Shown: in pieces, positions 1-12,060 of the stretch
How the letters are laid out: each line of letters opens with the position of its first letter
How positions within the stretch are numbered: position 1 is the first letter of the stretch
From: Lama guanicoe
Taxonomy: Eukaryota
Direction of reading: 5' to 3'
Assembly (NCBI GenBank): GCA_013239625.1
Contig: MU056303.1
Span: 2,853,734 to 2,917,733, forward strand
DNA: 64,000 bases
Translations under genes and position numbers: made by a program
The notes under the pieces: generated by a model
What the model was told of the DNA's origin: nothing
What the model saw: only the letters and a program-made list of their open reading frames with translations
Databases searched by the model: none

Positions 1-679
1 AAATGTATTTTTGTAGTACTTCAGACGTTCGTTCTACTTGGGGAAAAGAAACTGGTTGGAGAGGTTGCATGGCATATAAAAAGATTTACAGATATTAGAA
101 TAATGTTTGGCAAACAAGATCCAAGCTGTATCTGTACGTTCTGAAAGTTACTACTATCGTATATTGCTTATCAACTAGAAGTGGCACTTTTCCCCCTAAA
201 GGGGTTGAAAAACACATTTGTAAAAATCAGATTTTGTTATTTGCATTGACAGGTAGAAACAAACTCAGAAAGTGTCCAATGGGGGCCGCTATGGAATTTT
301 TTTCAGCATTATTCCCAGAAGAGACAGAGATAGGATTGGAAATTTTCGAGTCTTTATTTGATATTGACATGTACATACATGCATGTGTGTCATAAACTCT
401 GCTTTCTGGGAGCCGTGTGTATTTAAACCATGTAAACCATGAAGAGGACTTTGGGAGGAGAGCAGTAGGTAACACCTGCGGGTATTTTCCCACACGTGGT
501 ATCATATCATCTTCCCCGCAGCTGTCTGGGGCGGGGGACATGGCCTTTTCGTGCTCTGTCTACTCTTTTTGAAATTTCACTCACTCCTGTAGTTTCAGTT
601 GCCACCTACACCCATCTTTTCAAAGTTTGCATTGATGGTTCTTTATCCCTCTCCCAAACTCTAGAAAAAAAGTGTACAT

Positions 680-1070
680 TTGGAAGTTCCACAAGTATCT
701 AAAACTCAGCCCATACTTAGCACCTTTCTTACCAGAGCCCCTCGTCTCCCTGTATTCCTCGCCCTGGTCAGTGCTCTAATATCCGTCTAATCGCCCAGGC
801 TGGGGACCTGGAAGTTACCCTAGGCTCCTTCTTTGCGTTCATCTTCTTCACGTGAACGGTCATGGCAACTGCACTCCCTCAGTATCTCTGAATCCCACCG
901 TATTTTGTTCAGCCCTCCTCTTGTCTCACCTGGTTCATGACAACAATGCCACTGCTTCAAATTTCACTTTCTTTGCTCGCAGAGAGGTGGTTCCAAAATC
1001 CAGGACTCAATAAAAACGTCACCAGTGGTTTCTCCTTGCTTTTAGGATGGAGTTGAAATTCTTTACACAA
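680..1070 (+). mobile_element. L2 LINE fragment (ancient)
   Basis: Pyrimidine-rich tract resembling the L2 3' half (e.g. cccaggctggggacctggaagttaccctaggctcc; cagtggtttctccttgcttttaggat). Confidence 0.6.
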
Positions 1071-1209
1071 ATAATAGGATGCCACTTAAAAAACAGGGCC
1101 CGTGATGAAGTTTCCAGTTTTTTCTGCTACTGTTGCCTAAGCAGACTTTTCTATCAAGCGAGATGTTTCGTAATCACAATGAGCCAGCCCTAACGGTGGC
1201 TCCCTATTT

Positions 1210-1535
1210 GGAAATCCATTAATAGAACTCATCATATTATTAGAACTAAAGATCAAAATCATATGATTATCTACATTGATGCTTAAATGACGTTAGAAAA
1301 ATTCCACACTCATTCATGTTAAACACTGATGTATTAGAAATTGATGGATATTTTAATATGAGCATGTGTATAATCCTCCTCTTAGCTAATGAAGAATGAA
1401 TTCTAACTAAAGTCAAGATCAAGAAAAGACTATTACTCTTCAACTTTGGGATTATCAGCCAATGTCATCAGATATGAGAACTAGAGGCATAAGAATTGGA
1501 AATGAAGAGGTTAAGCCATCTCTATTGCTGATTTG
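1210..1535 (+). mobile_element. Old L1 (L1M) ORF2 reverse-transcriptase fragment, disrupted
   Basis: Degenerate translation SINRTHHIIRTKDQNHMIIYIDA and RGIRIGNEEVKPSL resembles L1 ORF2 [23 protein letters not shown] and KGIQIGKEEVKLSL. Confidence 0.8.
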
Positions 1536-1559
1536 GGGTGATATCTGATCAATTTTAAT

Positions 1560-1805
1560 TGAAAAAAAAACAAGGTGCAGAACAGAATGTAGGGTGACTG
1601 ACCATCCTTTGTTGAAGAAAGAGTGAAGGAGTAATAAGACTACAAACCATTTTCAAAAGAAGTAATTAAAAAAACAAACAAACTCCAAAAGTCAATAAAA
1701 GTGGTTGCTTGGAGAGTGAGAGAAGGGAATAAGGTGGAGGCAACATTGGAGCTATGTAAATGTTTTACATAATTGAAAAATTAAAATGCAATCATCAAGA
1801 AAAAA
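1560..1805 (+). mobile_element. Possible old L1 (L1MC/ME-type) 3' UTR fragment
   Basis: A-rich segment with aaggtgcagaacagaatgta and aaagtggttgcttgg motifs typical of old L1 3' ends. Confidence 0.4.
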
Positions 1806-3369
1806 CACCCTGACGTCTTGAAGAAAGAGTGCCGCAGAGTGAAAAGAGTTCTGAGGGGGGCACTGCGTGGCTGGGCTGCCCTTCTGGGGGTGCCAGGCGG
1901 CTGGTTCTGGGAGTGCCGGGAAGAGGCGGCACTCCCAGAACCAGCCGTTTGGAACCGAGAGTTTACTTGGGATGCGGAGAAATTACAAGGACCCAAATGA
2001 CAGACACTATGGTCCGAGGCTGTTTGCATGCCAGTGGGGGCTGACACGTTAGGCAAAAATTGATTTCAAATAAGATAACGCAGGTGAAATGGCTGAGAAT
2101 AATTACGTGTGAGCAAGCACACGAGATTAGTGTGTTATTGTCAGTGCGATAACTTCATTCTTCACTATAATGGGTTCACTTAATAAAACGAAGTTTATAA
2201 AGTCTGAGGCAATCACAAGATAAGCTGTGAAAGATGTTTAGCGGTTTGAGAAACAGAAATAATCATTTGTTATTACTTTTCTCTAATTGAGCTGCTTTTA
2301 TTTTAATTTGGGAGGTAGGTGAGTTGCAAGTTTTCCAAAGGGCTCACATTTTAATTAGCTTTTCTGTAATAATGTACACAGAGTTTCGTGGATCCTGACA
2401 AAAATCTGAATTAAATTTTTTCTAGTGATGTGTCTATGTCACACATTGACCACAGAAGGGCCCTGAATGACTGCACTGTAATTACACGGCCGATCGTATT
2501 AATGTGCATCTCTGTAGTGCAATGATTTTTTGCATGTATTTGTTCATCAAGGATAACCATGACTAATGTAATTAGAGTCTCACTTTACACTCATTATTCA
2601 TGGTCATCAATTAAGAGATAAGAATGGAATCATGTTGATAAGTTTATAAACTAATGGCTGGAGGCCAATCAGATTGCCTCATGCTCTTAAATTATTGTGT
2701 GATTTTGTTACTTACGGTGAACATGTTGATTTGCAGCAAAGTTTTGGGATTTGAGCCACACTTAAAGAGCTTTAAGTCATTTTTCATCTTAGTTCTGTCA
2801 TATTGATACAGAAAAGATACATTAAAACTATTTCATGAGTTTAATTAACACCATTATAGATACTGCAGGTACTTGTCAAGAGGGGAGAGTCATCTGCAAT
2901 AAGAAATCTGATGCTTTATGCAAACACCGTAGCATAACTAAGTTTAGCAAAGATATGAGTGATAACTAGTCAGCCAGAATGTCAGGAAAAGATTTTGGGA
3001 AACATTTATTTGTTTGGAGAATCAAAGAAAAATTTTATTAATTTGGGGAACCAAAATAGTTCTTACAGGGCCAGATGACATAGTTCCTCTTCTAAGAGAA
3101 ACATAAACTTATCCTGCATAAAAAGTTGCAAATGGTCCAAAGAATTAAAAAGGAAAAGTAGTGAAATTATCCAAAACGAGGTAGGCTGTGGTCCAGGAAA
3201 ACAGCCTCTAATTCAGTTGTGACTGATTTGCCAAAGAACGGATCATTTTGAATTGGCAACCAAAATCAATTGAAAGTTGAAATAATTTTAATCAAAAAAT
3301 CATCATGTGCCTGTATCACTGTTTTTCTACCTGTACCATGTAGTCACCACAGTCCACAATTTTTCCAGT

Positions 3370-3480
3370 TTTAGTAAATATTTATTGAGCATCTATTTCA
3401 TGTGCAAGACTATGCTGGGCACCCCAGTAGGGATGAGAGTCAGTGAGAGATTGTTGAGGAGTTGGTGACCTGGCGATGTG
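3370..3480 (-). mobile_element. L2 3' end
   Basis: aaatatttattgagcatcta...tgtgcaagactatgctggg is the reverse complement of the L2 terminus. Confidence 0.6.
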
Positions 3481-3689
3481 CGTAAGAGAAAGGTGCGGAT
3501 ACCTTGAGAGCAAAGCATAAAGTGTCCAGTGCTGTAAGAATGACACAAATGCAATGTTTGGAAGGAAGATGGAAGGAAAGAGAATCTCCAGTTGAAAGAT
3601 GAGGAAAAGTTTGATAACGCGGAGAAAGATGTGAGATGAACAGGAAAGAATAAAAGAAATTTCCCTGGCTGATAACAGACACACACACA

Positions 3690-3930
3690 AATAACACAGG
3701 CATTACTGACTTTGTGCTAGACATTGTCTTACACATTCTATATGTATTGTCATTTGATCCTCAAAACAACCACAGGAACAGTGCTCTTATTATCGACATT
3801 CCACAGATGAAGAAAAGGAAGCTCTGAGAGGTTACTCTGCCCCAGGTCTCCCGGTGAGTGGGAATCCAGAATTCGGGCTCGGATCTGTCAAGTCCCAGAA
3901 CCTAAACCTCCGTCGCTGTGTCGCACTGCC
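3690..3930 (-). mobile_element. MIR SINE
   Basis: tcatttgatcctcaaaacaacc...cattccacagatgaagaaaaggaagctctgagaggtta matches the reverse MIR core. Confidence 0.8.
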
Positions 3931-4934
3931 TTGGAAAGAGGAGTTGTCTGTGGAGGCAAAAGCTGAAAACCCCACATCTCCATCACATTTATGTTTTAGT
4001 AAAATGATATGTGAAAAGCTGACATTTCCCAGTAGGCGAGTGACAAAAACGTGTATTATCACATTCAGCTTAAAAAGCAGATACAAAAATGTGTAGGTGC
4101 TTTGTTTATATCAATGTCAACATTTGGAGACTCAGTAAATCCTCGCTGAGTGTATGAACGAATCATGTGAAAAATACCGGTGCACACGGGCAGAGGTCAG
4201 GAGATCAGCCTGTAAAGTGGCTGGTTGTAACAGGATTCTGCTCTTTTCCTCTTTCACAATCATCTTGAAATTGTGTATTTTCAGCTCTTCCAGGTTTGAG
4301 TAGAAGTCAGCTCTTTATTTCCTTTTCATTAACAAAAAAACCTAATGATTTCAAAATGCATCATCTGTGATACCAATCATCAGTGGAGAATTCCTTTTCA
4401 GAACAGTTGTCAACAGACACAATCGTTCTGAATAATTTTTAATTTTTTCATCCTTTAATTTTTTTTTTTTCAGTGACGAGGGATAGAAATCCAGATACAG
4501 CGATGCACAGATCATCGCTTCGGCATGCGTGAGTGAGACCAGATGCGGCAACACTGGTTTGTATGCTGACTAATATCTTTAATTTCCCCAGATTGGAGTC
4601 TTATTAATCATTGGCTAGTTCCCCACAATGGGACATTCTTCAAACAGTGCCTCATGATAAAAACAAGAGAAATGATAAATGAAGATGGTCAAAGTACTCG
4701 ATAACATGCTGCTAATGCAGTGAAATTCTAAAATAGACCTTAGCATGTTGTGGGAGTTTGCCTTTAACTAGACTCAAATATATCTTGTTGACTCAGAGGG
4801 AACCGTATACAACTTGCTTTGTCCTTATTTGTGTAGGAAACAGCATTTATATACATATATGTACACGTGCATTGTTTACCAGTGTAGTTGGTTAACCCTT
4901 ACGTCGGAAGCACCATTTTTTTTTCTCCCACTTA

Positions 4935-6470
4935 AAAAAGGGCTTTCTGGTAGCGACATAAACTACGTTTGAATGGGCTGGGTTGGCTTGTTTGCTGCAA
5001 AGCTGTCAGTTTGGAGTGGAGCCCAGAGCAAGAAGAATCTCTGCAGCTGGTCCAAGCTGAAGTTAAAGCTACTCTGCTCCCCAGGCTTCCTGACTGGGAA
5101 GGTCCAGTGACACCCAGGATGTCTCTGTGGCAAGTAGAGACATTGCACACAGCCCCTGGTGGCCCCCGAGAGGAGACTCTCAGGGTTTTGGAAATAAATC
5201 CTTTCCCCCTTTGAGAAATAGCTGCTGCTCCTGACTTGCTACCAGTCCCTGGTGGACGTGAACCTGGCAAGGATGCGCCAAGTGAATATTTGACCAGAAC
5301 TGTCCTTTGGATCCTTTGATGTTTTATCAGAAAGTTGTTTGTTCAAAAGTATCCACCATCCAGCGACAGCGGGATAAGGACTCGGGAGGTGACCGAAGGC
5401 ACATGTATATACCCCGTGCCTCTGACTATGTTGGCATGTACTTCTGCGGCTCCAGTCTCTTACCCTCAATCCACACCTGGTCCCCTGGGGAGTTCCCTTT
5501 GATCGACTGACTGAAAAGGCAAGCGTGTCAGCGTGGTTCACTGGCAGGTTTGCAGGATAGGCTGGTACTGGCAGGAACTGGGCTATTGCAGCGGGGCTGT
5601 CCCCCTCCGAGGTGGCCCAGGGCCTTGTGGAAGGCAAATCTTCCCAAAAGGAGGACTGCAAACAGTGCGTCTGATTCTTTGCTTTGCTTGGAAGGAGAAA
5701 GGGCCAGAGACATGGATGGAGGGGAATTAATGCGTAGTGACCAGCACCTTGGCCAGAAGTTCAGCAGGAATATTGGAGGACTGGTGGAACGCAGATCTGG
5801 GACAGGGTTTGTGGGCAGACGTCTAGACTAGTGACGACCATGAGACTCCTCGGTTACAGGGGAGGAGCGCTGTCCATGGTCAGCGGACAGGACGACGCAG
5901 ACTCAGACAGCTTCTCCTCACCAGCTCAGAGCTGCTCGCGGGGCTCACGAACAAAGTGGCAGCAATGCAATGATTTCAGGAACGTGGGCTTCCCCTCACC
6001 AACGGTGATCTGATGGCTGCCAAGGGAGGGATTCAACCTGGTCGTCCTTCTGAGATTGAATGGAGATCGTCCCAAGACAGAGACAGTGATTGATAGAACT
6101 CTGGGGAGACGGTGAGGCACGCAAGCCCTCAGTACAGAACCTCCCCCCAGATGGGCCAGCCAGCTCCCCGGGGCAGCGGACAGCTTTGGACCCCTTCCCC
6201 ACCAGAGTCGACTCTTACTCTGTGTGTGGACCTGCCTTCCCTGGCTCTGGTTCTTCTGCAAGCTCTACCATCCGTGAACTTCCCATTGTAATAGCCATCG
6301 AGCTTCCTGTATGCCATCCTTCATGACTAAAGAACCCTTTTTTTTGGGGGGGGCAAATGAAGTGGAGCAGTGGGCTTATGCCTACACTGCTCATTGGTTT
6401 TACGTGGAATTCCCTTAAATGCCCTCCAACCTACGTGCGGGGAGGTCTCCAGTGTCCCGGCATTGTTGGC
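4935..6470 (+). mobile_element. Decayed ERV-L (class III) pol fragment: RT C-terminus/connection, RNase H, integrase
   Basis: Colinear degenerate ERV-L Pol motifs across frameshifts: KAVSLEWSPEQEESLQLVQAEVKATL (cf. KAASFEWGPEQEKALQQVQAAVQAAL), AWFTG (AWFTDG), EGKSSQ...CFAWKEKGP (HFAWKEKWP), AHEQSG, GLPLT, VDSYSVCGPAFP...ASSTIREL (IDTYSGYGFAYP...AKTTIRGL), EVEQWAYA (EVRQWAHA). Confidence 0.9.
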
Positions 6471-7619
6471 CTTACAGCTTCGTTGTTCAAAGGAGTAACA
6501 GTGTAGGAATGAAGTCATTGATTTGATTTTTGTTATTTAGTGGTCTGACTGGTTTGTAAGTAGTTATTTCCCTTTCCATTTGACTTACTATTTTTCTCTT
6601 ACAGTTATGCCCTTAAAATGAGGTATAAAAATCCAGCATTAACCGAGTCAGTGTTGATTGTTATTTTAAGGATTGTTTTAATGTGGGGCTCAACATGAGA
6701 ATATTACATAAGCCAGCATCAGTGATTTTCACTGACATTTACGAATGAGGTTAGTTCTTTAATCAAATAAGGATATTAAGAGCTGGACTTAAAATCCCAT
6801 TTAGATTCTGATTTTGTTTAGGGTGTTTTTTCAGGCCAAATAACTTTATGTATTTTTAAGGATTCTAAATCAACAACCAGATATTAGAGACGGAAACTTT
6901 TTCAAATGCCTTGTCAAAAGTCTTTAAGATTATTTATGGAAATATTTAGCAATGTGGTTTTAGGACTTTGGTCAATTCTGTATTGCTTTGATTACATTTA
7001 AAAAAGACTTAGTGTCAAAACATGACTGGCTAAAAATTTAAGCAAAAGCATACTTGGAGTAAGAGAGAACTTGTATTACAATAACTGAAATTTTTTTTAT
7101 GAGATGTCTTCGGTAAAAATGCATAGATCATCAGAGAACAATGTCGGCCAGATAAAGACATACCATTAATATAAACAGTTAAATGTTCTGACCTAAACGT
7201 GGTACACTCAGGATAAAATTAGAGTCGAAAGTTAAACAAAATAGAGCAAGTAACTTAAAAAATATGTAACCTAGGGGTTAACATAAGCTATTCTGAAATG
7301 AACATATGAAATGCACAAAATGGGCAAGCTAAAGGTGAGTGTTACAGGCATCTGAAAAATTTATTTTGCTTCTCCCGAAGGAAAAAAAAAAAAACATAGT
7401 TCAGTATAATCTTTTCCATAATTGGAAATAAAGCTTGAAGGGCAAAAGCGTAGTGGCTCTAATGCAGAAAACTTACACCTGTGCCTTTTCATCATCTGAG
7501 CTAACAATATATAATCCGGCAAAAAAGCTGTGTGAGCTTTGTCACTGACCAAAGCAGGACAATTTTCCTGGCACGGGAAGCGGTCGAATGGATGCTAAAA
7601 GCCTCGGCATTCCCGGACC

Positions 7620-7790
7620 TGGGAGCCAGGAGGATTTGAATCAAGCCCCAGGACTTTCAGCGATGATATGACTTTGAGTGAATAGTTCACCTTCCTGAGC
7701 CTTGGTTTCCTTGCATGGGAGGCAGGGAGGATGACTTGTGTGCAGACACCCTGAATTATGAGAACCAAATGGAAACGCTGGCACATGCTG
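7620..7790 (+). mobile_element. MIR SINE
   Basis: tgactttgagtgaatagttcaccttcctgagccttggtttcctt is a MIR core motif. Confidence 0.65.
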
Positions 7791-8896
7791 TTGAAATCAA
7801 TCAATGAATGAAGATATATAAAAGGCGTTTTGTAGATTACAAAGCCCCAGATGCGAGTGGCTTATGACTTGTTCTAGCCCAAGCTTACAATCTGATCTGA
7901 GAAACACTTTTTTTTTTTAATTTAAAGAAGAATGCCTGGCTAGAGTATTTTTTCTGTTTGGATGCAGGCTGTTTTCCACATAAATGTATGCAGCAGCAGG
8001 AAGTTAGGCTGGCTGTCACCTACTGGATGGCATTTGTTGAGTTGACATCATTTTCTCTAAAAAAGTGGTGCCTCGTGACCAACCTTCAAGATTCGGTAGG
8101 TTCTTCTGTTGCTTGATTCTTCTGTGGACCAGATACATGTCCTTGAGTGAGCCACTCTGATGAGCTGGATTTCAGTCCCCTTCTTGGTTAAGTAAAGGCA
8201 CAGTATACCTGGTTTTCCCGTCTCATTGTTGTCTGATATGGGGCTTTTGAGGAAAGAAAGGACCACACATAGTTTTTGGTGAGCACAGAGGTAGCAACTG
8301 CCCAGGCTCAGGCTCAGAGCTTTGGCCACCTGGGGAGCTTGAGATAATTCAGGAGCAGAGACATGTGGGTGGGAGATGATTTGGTGGTCCCCAGTGGAGT
8401 AGACAAAGGGCAGCACTCTGGGTGAGTACAAACCATATTCACCTCCTGTTTCCAACAGACAGAACGCAAAGTACTTTCGGTTATGTCTTGCAAAATGATT
8501 CCGATGAAATAAGTCAGCCTCTTCCCTTGGGGAAGACGTATTTTAGGAATCCAGTAAAATGAGAGGCAGTCACCAAAGAGTTAAGGAAGACCCATGCTCT
8601 TTTCCGGGTCCCCCCACCAAGGGAATAATCTCACAGTTCTGCCCTTTCAGTTGAAGTACCAAGGGGCCTTCTGGGGAGAGAAACCCCCCAATTCCAGGGG
8701 TGGGAAAAGGGAGTCAGAGTTCTGACTGGGACGTTTGTCTGGGACGCCGGATAGAACAGGTCTAGAGGCTAGGGGCGAGGGAGGGACTCAATAAGGATTT
8801 CAGTTACATCCTGTGGGCCGGGGGGGTTTGGTGGTCCATGTCAGAGATGATTCAAATTGTGCAAAGCTGGGTATGTATTTCCCGTGCTTCCCTTTT

Positions 8897-9323
8897 TATT
8901 TTATTTTAAAAATGTTATTTATTATTCATGTATATTGAAGTGTCTCTGGTCTACAATATTGTGCTAATTTCAGGTGTATAGCAAAGTGATTTGGAGACCC
9001 ATCTATCCAAATATGCATGTATATATTCTTTTTTTACCAATTCTTTTCCATTATAGGTTATTACAAGATATTGAACATAGTTCCCTGTGCTGTACAGTAA
9101 ATCCCGGTGGTCTATCCATTTTCCACACGGCGCTGTGTATCTGTGAATCCCATACTCCTAATTTATCCCTCACTGCCCCTACTCCCCTTTTGGTAACCAT
9201 AAGTTTGTTTTCCATGTCTGTGAGTCTGTCTCTGTTTTGTAAGTGAGTGCATTTGTCTTGTTTTTTAGACTCCGCATAAAGTGATCTCATGTGATATTTG
9301 TTTTTCTCTGTCTGACTGACTTT
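8897..9323 (-). mobile_element. 5'-truncated artiodactyl-type L1 3' UTR
   Basis: Reverse strand reads acagactcacagacatggaaaacaaacttatggttaccaaaagggg...acagcacagggaactatgttcaatatcttgtaataacctataatgg, followed by an A-rich tail. Degenerate TSD cgtgcttccc (8883) / cgtgtttccc (9324). Confidence 0.9.
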
Positions 9324-9737
9324 CGTGTTTCCCCCTTTAACACTGACCGGAGAGGGGATGTAAGTCGGTTATCGGAGGGCGTCCCCATGAGCCTGCAGGC
9401 ACATGCTCGGGGGCTGGAGTGAAAACACAGCACAGCTTTGGGATCTGGCTGACACTCCAACCCACACAGACCCAGACAGGTCACGGGCACTGGGGCTTTG
9501 TCCCGCTTTTACTGGATTCTGACTTCTCAGCAGACCTGGGGACTCCCCAGACCCCGTGCTGTAGCCTCGGATACGCCCCGTAGTGCACCCGCCCACTTTG
9601 GACCCTCCCTCTCTTCATCCTCTTCCTCTTCGTTACAGAGTTCTGCACTCTATATCCTGCGGTGTTGGCTTGGTTGGCTTCAAGTTTTGGTTTTGGTCAG
9701 TTTTGTTCGGTGTCTCCGCCAAAAAGGACAGGGCTGA

Positions 9738-9851
9738 GGCTGGCGACCAGCCGTTCCAGTTTGCCCAGCACTGACGGGCTCCTGGCAGGTGAGATTTTCA
9801 GTCTGAAAACCAAGAAAGTCTCAGGCAAACTGGGACCCATTAGGCACCCTA
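9738..9851. mobile_element. MER81-like hAT (Blackjack) MITE
   Basis: ~114 bp with degenerate terminal inverted repeats (gaccagccgttccagtttgccc ... ggcaaactgggacccattaggcacccta). Confidence 0.7.
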
Positions 9852-10429
9852 GGAGGAGGAGGAAGAAATACAGTATTCCAAACTCAGCGTGGACTATTTA
9901 CACAGAAACCAACCCTTTTACACTAAAAAGATTAACCTCCTCTTAGCTTATTTCCTACGACCTTACAAGAAACGCCGTCTCTTTGTTTGCCTGGAGGAAC
10001 GTGTGTGTCTTCAAACCCCGTAATAAATCCTTCGCAGCTTAAACTTGCTGGAGCAGGTGTGACTCTCACAGTTGCGTCCTGCCTGACTCAGCGCCGCGTG
10101 GTATGTTTGCAGTGGAGACATCACTCCGACGAAGCTAAAGGTCACGTGTAGAGAATGTGTGTCTGGGGGGGATGCAGATTTTTTTTCAGGCCAGCAATAT
10201 TGCCCTTTCCTTGATGTAGCAATGGCCCGGGTCGTCCCTTGGAGAATCTGAGGACAAAGAGCTTTCTTTTCCCAGCCACAGGGACGGTCCAGGCATTGGC
10301 TTGACACCCAGCTCGGCTAAAGAGGATTATCTCCAAAGACTTTGCCTTTAGCTACTGAGAAGACGTTTGCTTGCTTCCGTTATGTACTGGACTGTAGGGA
10401 CAACTTAAACTTAAGGCTCGCCAGTGGAT

Positions 10430-10637
10430 ACAGAGCTTGCTTACGAATGAAACCGGCCAAGAAGGCAGAGCTGCATGGGACAGAGAAGGACTGCAGACTT
10501 GTCATCTTGTGGGAACGTCTGGATCTGGCCATGCCGGAAACGGCTGTGCAGTTACAGGTGACGCCAATGCTGCTTTGCTTAAATGAGTTGGAGCTGCGTC
10601 TGTGTGGCTGGCTATCTAAGGAGTACTGAGCAGCTCA
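10430..10637 (+). mobile_element. MLT1 (I/J/K-like) MaLR LTR, 3' portion
   Basis: ctggatctggccatgccggaa...cagttaca...tttgcttaaatgagttggagctg...aaggagtactga resembles the old MLT1 3' end. Confidence 0.7.
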
Positions 10638-10849
10638 ATGTGACACAGCGGAATTTAAATTTACAAACAGATGAATTTGGGGGTAGGACTGCCATAAAAG
10701 AATTCACTTCACTAAATACTTGGTTTGATTGTATTTAATGTTTAATTCATTTTTAAAATATTTGATTGGCAGATATACTTTCAGGGACACACGTAAAACT
10801 TAAAGTGAAGGAAATTTGGTGGAGTGCTTGCTCTTAGCCTGACTGTTTC

Positions 10850-11010
10850 TCGGCTAGCATGGTGCTGTGGGTAAGTGACTTAACCTCTCAGTGATTTATG
10901 TGCCTCATCTGAGAAGTGTAGGGGGCAACAGTAACGAACTCACACGGTGATGGTGTGCAGGCGTGGAGCTAGGACAGCGGTCTGGTACCTGGATGAGAGT
11001 TAGCGCTTGT
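10850..11010 (+). mobile_element. MIR SINE
   Basis: tgggtaagtgacttaacctctcagtg...cctcatctg core. Confidence 0.7.
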
Positions 11011-11152
11011 CGATAAGAAATAAATGGTTGCTAATTCATTATTTTTTTCTATCACATTTAAAATTAATTGAATATAATCATTTTTAGGCATTTTAGATAA
11101 GAACATGAAGCATCACAAAAATGTAAGCAAATATATAAAACACTGAAGCATA

Positions 11153-11260
11153 TGCAGGAAAGTAGAGCTCAGTGGTGGAGAACCTGCTTAGCATGCACGA
11201 GGTCCTCCATTAAAATAAATAAATAAACCTAATCACACCCCCCACTCCAAAAAGCAAAAC
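11153..11260 (+). mobile_element. Vic-1-type camelid tRNA-derived SINE with internal 20-bp deletion
   Basis: agctcagtggtggag...gcttagcatgcacgaggtcct-ccattaaaataaataaataaacctaat. 16-bp TSD aaaacactgaagcata (11137-11152) / aaaacacttaagcata (11261-11276). Confidence 0.85.
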
Positions 11261-12032
11261 AAAACACTTAAGCATAAAAAAGTTAGAAGCAGTTATGTAA
11301 ATAAGAAGTAAGCTTGGGGCAAAGGCTGAAAAGCTATAATATACAAAAGATAAAACATTCCTTTTACATGTGGTCCAGGTGATGGCTAATTTTCGCTCAC
11401 TGGAAAATGTCATTTATGATATCAATTTTCCATAAAAAGATAAATATACATAATGCAGGGATATGTTTCAGAGAGTGGGTTTCAAAGTCTTGCTTAGAGT
11501 AAATATTGCTGCTTGATAAAAATAAACCATTGCATCATCAACGGCTCAGGAACCGCACAGTACTTCCCTGCCTTGCTTTCTAAAAGGAAACCAAAGGCTA
11601 GAATTGGGTCATATATCCAGTGTGAAAATAGAGGGTATTTTAATTAAGATTCAAGTTGACTTTTTAAAGTGTTGTTCAAATCAAATGCTACCCTGTGTCA
11701 ATTGCTTCCAGCTGCCGAATAGGTTTGTAAAGTTAGAGGGCATTACAACACCGTTGTCTGCAACACATCTCAGTTTCACTTTTAAAATGTAGAAGATAAA
11801 TCCCCAAGTGCATAAAAGTGTATTGCAGTAACCATACGTGATGAACAAAGAGCAACAACAATAAGCACCAGGTATTCAGCGCCCCATCCCTGCAGGGGTA
11901 GGTGTGGAACGAAGGCGAACGTCTGTGTAAACGTTCAGAGGCAAATTAACAGTTACGTCCAATGTGAATCTTGTACTTTTCCATTTTTTTTCATAGACAA
12001 TTTTGCATCTGTTGAGTATATGCTGATGGTTC

Positions 12033-12060
12033 CTTTCTTTCTTTCTTTCTTTCTTTCTTT
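12033..12060 (+). repeat. (CTTT)7 microsatellite
   Basis: Direct reading. Confidence 0.95.

Noticed and set aside
2473-2521. Pre-miRNA-like hairpin (tgcactgta ... tgtagtgca)
   Set aside because: Only a ~9-bp stem with wobbles and a large loop.
4474-4528. Plus-strand 55-nt exon (poly-T cag ... TGC|gtgagt)
   Set aside because: Good splice signals but no partner exon or recognisable peptide; indistinguishable from a pseudo-exon.
9051-9290. 79-aa minus-strand ORF and the overlapping 8974-9246 ORF
   Set aside because: They lie in an L1 ORF2-end/3' UTR fragment, not a host gene.
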